This document shows positions 59,119 to 64,000 of a stretch of 64,000 bases of DNA, piece after piece (the first letter of the stretch is position 1; every line of letters starts with the position of its first letter). The translations under genes and the position numbers were made by a program. The DNA is from an uncultured Pseudomonadota bacterium (GTDB lineage Bacteria > Oederibacteriota > Muellerivitia > Muellerivitales > Muellerivitaceae). The notes beneath the pieces are model-generated. The model had not been told where the DNA came from, did not search any database, and worked only from the letters and a program-made list of their open reading frames with translations. The stretch is taken from NCBI GenBank assembly GCA_963770835.1, contig CAVYRH010000004.1:1-64000 (forward strand). Reading direction: 5' to 3'.

Positions 59119-60114
59119 ATGCATCGAACTTCCCGATGGCAATGGGCGCTTTTAACGGTTTTCTTGAGCGCCTCAGCCGCCCTAGCCGACCCGCCTTCAT
59201 TTTTACAACTCCAACAAGATATTCCCCTGCCGGGGGACACTTCCCGCTTCGATTACCAAAGTTTCGACCCGCAGACGAGGCTTCTTTATATTTCCCACAT
59301 GGGCGCCGGACAAATCATTCTTTTCAACACCCAGACCGGCAGCGTGCAGGCCGTCCTCCCGGGCTTTCCGGGGGTGACGGGCCTCTTGGCGGTGCCCGAA
59401 CTTCACCGGCTTTTTGCCAGCGTGACCGGCCGCCACGAAGTGGACGTGATCGATACGCAGACCCTCAAAACCCTGGCCCACATCCCGGCCGGGAATTTCC
59501 CGGATGGCATGGCTTACGATCCTGATTTGCGCCAGGTTTACGTTTCGGACGAGAGAGGCGGCGAGGAGATCGTCATTGACGCCGTCAAAAACAAACGAAT
59601 GACCTATATCAAGACGGAAGGCGAAGTGGGGAACACCTGTTACGACTCCGGAAGCCGCCGCATCTTCGCCAACATCCAGACCCGCAATGAATTGGCCGTC
59701 ATCAACCCCGAAACCCGGAAGGTCCTGCTGCGCTACTCCCTCCAGGGCGGCAGGCACCCCCACGGCCTTTGTCTGGATCCCACTTCCCGCCTGGCTTTTA
59801 TCGGCTGTGACGGCGACGCCAAACTCGTGGTGGTGGACATGGACAAGTTCGACGAAATCGGCGTGTCGGACGTGGGGAAGGGGCCGGATGTCCTGACTTT
59901 CGACCCCCAACTGGGGTACCTCTATGTGGCCTCGGAATCCGGGATCGTTTCCGTCTTCCGGGTGAGGGACCGTAAAATCGAAAAAATCGGCGACTTCCCG
60001 GTAGGGTCCAACGCCCACTCGGTGGCGGTGGATCCCAAAACCCATTTCGTTTATTTCCCCCTGCGCAAGGAAGGCCCGGGGCCGGTGTTGCGCGTCATGA
60101 AGCCGGCGAATTAG
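59119..60114 (+). CDS. YncE/YVTN beta-propeller secreted protein
   Basis: Signal peptide; repeated blades (FDY...LYIS, PDGMAYDP, PHGL, AHSVAVDP). Confidence 0.8.
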   Translation: MHRTSRWQWALLTVFLSASAALADPPSFLQLQQDIPLPGDTSRFDYQSFDPQTRLLYISHMGAGQIILFNTQTGSVQAVLPGFPGVTGLLAVPELHRLFASVTGRHEVDVIDTQTLKTLAHIPAGNFPDGMAYDPDLRQVYVSDERGGEEIVIDAVKNKRMTYIKTEGEVGNTCYDSGSRRIFANIQTRNELAVINPETRKVLLRYSLQGGRHPHGLCLDPTSRLAFIGCDGDAKLVVVDMDKFDEIGVSDVGKGPDVLTFDPQLGYLYVASESGIVSVFRVRDRKIEKIGDFPVGSNAHSVAVDPKTHFVYFPLRKEGPGPVLRVMKPAN

Positions 60115-60138
60115 TTTTTTATCCGGGAACCGCTTCCC

Positions 60139-60489
60139 TCAAAACTCCAGATGGACCTTCTGTCCGGTGGAATACCACCAAACCAGGTAAGCATCGTAAA
60201 GCAGGAAAACCAGGAGGTAGCCGACCAGAAATCCGCATCTTTCGGGCCAGATTTTCCACATTGAGAAAGCGGCGAAAGCCGTCAATACAGGAAGAAGGAT
60301 AAGCCCCGCGTCCGGTAGGAGGACATAGGCCAGGATCATGGGAGCGCCGAATAAAAAGCCCATGACTCCATTATCCATCAATCCCCCCAAGTGCAGCGTA
60401 TCAGCGACCCAGGACAACGAGGCCCCCAGGAGAACATAGAAAAAAGGAAAAACCAGGATCGAATTGGCGGCCATTATCCATTTTTTCAT
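60139..60489 (-). CDS. Hypothetical membrane protein
   Basis: AGGAG RBS and about four TM segments; lies downstream of the aas-like gene. Confidence 0.55.
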   Translation of the reverse strand: MKKWIMAANSILVFPFFYVLLGASLSWVADTLHLGGLMDNGVMGFLFGAPMILAYVLLPDAGLILLPVLTAFAAFSMWKIWPERCGFLVGYLLVFLLYDAYLVWWYSTGQKVHLEF

Positions 60490-60561
60490 TTCAACGCTCC
60501 TTTTTGAATCAGTCCAGCCAACATTTGAAAAAAAACTTCCAATAAAAATCATGGTGAAAGC

Positions 60562-63500
60562 CTAGGCATGGACAAGGTCCAAGGCGGTGTTCCTCAAGGC
60601 TTTCAAATCCAACTTGCCCGATCCCAGGTAGGGAATGGATTCAACAAAGTAAAAACCATCCTTCTTGGGCACCCAGAGCTTGGGCAGATTGGTTTGAGAG
60701 AGCTGGCCCCAAAGCTCCTCGGGTTTGAGGACCGGATGGGTGTAAAGAACCACCAGCTTCTCGCCCTTTTGTTCGTCGGGCACCGAAGTGACCGCGCAGG
60801 CATATTCCCCCAGCAGGCCCATCAGGGCCTCCTCGATCCTGCCGTGGGGCACCATCTCGCCGCCGATCTTAGAAAAGCGGGAAAGCCGGTCGGTGATCTT
60901 GATGAAACCGTCCTCGTCCACCAGGGCGATATCGCCCGTCTTGTACCAACCGTTATCCACCACCTCGGCGGTTTTCCCGGGTTGGTTGAGGTAGCCCACC
61001 ATCCTGTTGGAGCCCTTGACGAGCAGAAGCCCCTCTTTGTTCACGCCCAAAACCTCACCAGAGTCCGGATCCACCACCTTCACAGCCACGCCCGGTAGGG
61101 GATGGCCCACGGTGCCGGGTTTTAACCTCGCGGTTTTCCGGTTGGGGCTGGAGGGGAAATCCGGCATATTGACCGAGACCACCGGCGACATCTCCGTGGT
61201 GCCGTAGCCCTCCATCAAATCCAACCCGTATTTTTCCTTGAAGTCCCTGGCGATCGAATCCCGCAGCTTTTCCGCACCCACCACCGCGAAACGCACGGTG
61301 GCGAAACTCTCCTTGGGGCATTTGCGCGTATAGGCGGAATAAAATGTGGGAGTGCTGATGATAATCGTGACTTTGTACTTGGCCACGAGCTCCCCGATGA
61401 CCTTGGCGTCCAGGGGATTGGGGTGGTAGGCCACACCGAAACCACCGATCAAGGGCAGCCAGAGGGTGCCCATGTAGCCGAAGGAATGGAAGAAGGGAAG
61501 CACGCCCAGGATGCGGTCCTTGTTCGTAACCCAGAAGATTTGCTCGACCGATTCCAGGTTGGACAGCACGTTGTAATGGGAGAGCATGACGCCCTTGGGG
61601 GTTCCGGTGGACCCGGAGGAAAAGATGACCGTAGCCAGGTCATCGGGCTTGACCCGGTGAAGGCCCAGGGTCCGTTTCAGGATGAAAGTGGGCAGGAGGA
61701 AGGCCTTGAGAAAGGCGGAGGTTTTTTCCCAACCCGAGAATCCTTTCATCACCTCTTCCAAGTAAACCATGCCCGGCAATTCCTCCAGGCCCGCCTTCTG
61801 GAGGAACAACTTGGAGGTGAGGATGGTTTGAAGACCGCATTCCTTTGCGGCCACTTCCATGGCCTCGCGGCCCGCGGTGAAATTCAGGTTCACCGCCGTC
61901 TTGCCCGCCAGGGAAACTCCCAGGTTGGCCAGGGCCCCACCGATCGAGGAAGGAAGCAAAAGACCCACCTTGTCCCCGGGACAATGTTTTTTCACCCATT
62001 GCGCCATCAACATTCCGCCCGTCAGGGTTTGACCGAAACTCAGTTCCTTCCCCGTAGAATCGGCCATGGCGAAGGAAAACCAGCTTCTCTTGGCGTTTTT
62101 AATGAAACGGTTGGGCAAAATGCTGTCCGGTGTTTTGCGGTGTTCGGTAGCGTCCGCGCCCAATTCCTGAACGGCCTGGCGGACCTCCCCCGCGTTGCTG
62201 GTTCCGGGGATGGGCTTGCCGAATGAAACGGTGACAGGATATGGGATTTGCCTCGGCCATTTGAAAAAGAAGCGCCCATCCTTGAAGCTGAAGACGCTTC
62301 CCCAAAGCCGGTCCAGGTGGACGGGGATAATCGGGGCGTCGATGTCTTTCATGATGCGTTCCAAACCCTTCTTAAAGGGCATGAGATTGCCCGTGGGGGT
62401 AATGCCCCCTTCGGCGAAGATACAAACCAGTTCGCCTTCCTTCAGGCGGTTTCGGGCTTCCTCGATGCTCTGGAGGACTTCTTCCTTGGTGCGGTTGGTG
62501 GTCGGGATGGCCTTTACCTTCTTGAAAACCCAGTGGAACCACTTGTTCTCGTAAATGGGCTTATAGACCATGAAACGCACGAAGCGGTTGGAGGTGGTGC
62601 CCACCAAAAGGCCATCCACCCAGGAGATATGGTTGCAAACCAAGAGGGCGGGGCCTTCCTTGGGCAGGTTCTCCAAACCCACCGGTTTGACCCGGTAGAG
62701 GGTATTGGTGAGGGCCCAAAGGACGAAGCGGATGAAAAAGTCCGGGAGAATGGTCAGGATATAGGCCGTCCCCAGGAGGCTTAAGATTCCCATGGCCAGG
62801 ATGCTCTGGTCGGGGGAAAGGCGAAGAGGACCTCCCAAGAACCAGGTCAGTCCGGCGGCGATCAAGACCCCGATGGTATTAACGAAGTTGTTGGTGGCGA
62901 GTACCCGGCCCTTCTCCTCCTTTTCCGCCCTTTGCTGGAGCAGGGCGTTCAGGGGTACGGCATAAAGGCCGCCGGAAAGACCGAGGAGCGCCAGCGTGGC
63001 GAAGGTCCCGTAAAAGGAATGTCGGCAAAAGGCGAAAAGGAGCATGGAGAAGATCCCCATGCCGATGGAACCCACAGGGATGAGGCCCAGTTCCACCCGG
63101 TCGCCGGAAAGCCGTCCGGCCCAGAGGCTGCCGAAACCGATGCCAAGGGCCAGGAAGGTGCCCAAGACGGCGGTGGTGGAATCACCCAAGCCCATCACCT
63201 CCTTGCCCAAGAGGGGAATGGCCCCCTGCATGAAGGCACCCAGAAGCCAGAAGTAGGAAATACCCACGACCGTCAACCACATAGCGCGATCTTTTTTCAA
63301 ATCCTTGGCGCCCTCCCAAACCTCGTGGAAGGGATTCAACTTGAAGGCCTTCCGGGAGCCCGAGGGTTTCACCTTCGTGATGCCCAAACTTAAGAGGGCG
63401 CCCACGACCGCCACGGCGACCAGGACCAGGTTCAGCTTGCCGGGGTCCCCTTTCCAATGGGCGAAAAGAAGTCCGCCCAGGAAGGTGCCCAGGATAATGG

Positions 63501-63963
63501 CCATGAAAGTGGTCATCTCCAAGAGGCCGTTGGCGCGGGACAGGTCCTCTTCGGGAACGGCTTCCGGGAGAAAGCCGTACTTGGCCGGGGAAAAGAAAGT
63601 AGAGTGGAGACCCAACAGAAAGACCACTCCCAACATGAGGATCAGGTTTCCGGAGACCATGGCGAAATAACCCAGGATCATGGAAAGAATCTCGAAGAGC
63701 TTGACCGCGATCATGACCGCGCGCTTGGAATAAACGTCCGCCAGCCATCCCGAATAGCCGGAAAAGAAGAGGAAGGGAAGAATGAAAGCCCCCTGGGCCA
63801 GGGCCACGTAAAGGCTGCCTTGTCCAGGAGCCTTGTCCAAGGCGGTCATGATGATGATGAACTTGAAGACGTTGTCGTTGAAGGCTTCCAGGAACTGGGT
63901 CCAGAGGAAGGCCTGGAAGCCCCAGGACTTCAGAAGGTCGGAATATTTGCCGTGGGACATCAT
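60562..63963 (-). CDS. aas: Aas-like trifunctional protein: LplT-like MFS, PlsC acyltransferase, acyl-ACP synthetase
   Basis: TQFLEAFNDN MFS motif; NHISWVD and FAEG acyltransferase motifs; FSSGSTGTPKG, EGYGTTE and TGD AMP-binding motifs. Confidence 0.92.
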   Translation of the reverse strand: MMSHGKYSDLLKSWGFQAFLWTQFLEAFNDNVFKFIIIMTALDKAPGQGSLYVALAQGAFILPFLFFSGYSGWLADVYSKRAVMIAVKLFEILSMILGYFAMVSGNLILMLGVVFLLGLHSTFFSPAKYGFLPEAVPEEDLSRANGLLEMTTFMAIILGTFLGGLLFAHWKGDPGKLNLVLVAVAVVGALLSLGITKVKPSGSRKAFKLNPFHEVWEGAKDLKKDRAMWLTVVGISYFWLLGAFMQGAIPLLGKEVMGLGDSTTAVLGTFLALGIGFGSLWAGRLSGDRVELGLIPVGSIGMGIFSMLLFAFCRHSFYGTFATLALLGLSGGLYAVPLNALLQQRAEKEEKGRVLATNNFVNTIGVLIAAGLTWFLGGPLRLSPDQSILAMGILSLLGTAYILTILPDFFIRFVLWALTNTLYRVKPVGLENLPKEGPALLVCNHISWVDGLLVGTTSNRFVRFMVYKPIYENKWFHWVFKKVKAIPTTNRTKEEVLQSIEEARNRLKEGELVCIFAEGGITPTGNLMPFKKGLERIMKDIDAPIIPVHLDRLWGSVFSFKDGRFFFKWPRQIPYPVTVSFGKPIPGTSNAGEVRQAVQELGADATEHRKTPDSILPNRFIKNAKRSWFSFAMADSTGKELSFGQTLTGGMLMAQWVKKHCPGDKVGLLLPSSIGGALANLGVSLAGKTAVNLNFTAGREAMEVAAKECGLQTILTSKLFLQKAGLEELPGMVYLEEVMKGFSGWEKTSAFLKAFLLPTFILKRTLGLHRVKPDDLATVIFSSGSTGTPKGVMLSHYNVLSNLESVEQIFWVTNKDRILGVLPFFHSFGYMGTLWLPLIGGFGVAYHPNPLDAKVIGELVAKYKVTIIISTPTFYSAYTRKCPKESFATVRFAVVGAEKLRDSIARDFKEKYGLDLMEGYGTTEMSPVVSVNMPDFPSSPNRKTARLKPGTVGHPLPGVAVKVVDPDSGEVLGVNKEGLLLVKGSNRMVGYLNQPGKTAEVVDNGWYKTGDIALVDEDGFIKITDRLSRFSKIGGEMVPHGRIEEALMGLLGEYACAVTSVPDEQKGEKLVVLYTHPVLKPEELWGQLSQTNLPKLWVPKKDGFYFVESIPYLGSGKLDLKALRNTALDLVHA

Positions 63964-64000
63964 CGCCTCCTTAAGCCGCGATCATTTTGAAGCAGGTGTC

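Overview
High-GC bacterial chromosomal window from a diderm (it carries a TonB-dependent receptor) that contains the replication origin. From left to right: a cobalamin uptake island with two B12 riboswitches (btuB/F/C/D-like genes, bluB); cydAB; a bipartite oriC around dnaA-dnaN; a large secreted NHL/Thr-Pro/Ig protein; an MrfA-like helicase fused to an exonuclease; a roughly 360-nt intergenic tract with three repeated RNA-like structural modules ending in a terminator; a SecY-like paralog fused to a DUF2007-like domain; an ArsR-led, three-subunit DabA/DabB-type inorganic-carbon transporter operon; a sigma70-hspR-degP operon; a TetR divergon with twin operators; glycosyltransferases; and an Aas-like MFS/acyltransferase/ligase fusion. 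Several families of short palindromic repeats are scattered through the window, and one is translated in frame inside dabA. Many conserved genes (btuB, btuF, cydA, cydB, dnaA, helicase, secY-like, adh) are frameshifted, most likely through sequencing or assembly indels. The strongest novelty candidates are the putative modular ncRNA at 22.4-22.8 kb and the SecY-like fusion. All family calls come from recognising motifs by eye; no database search was run.
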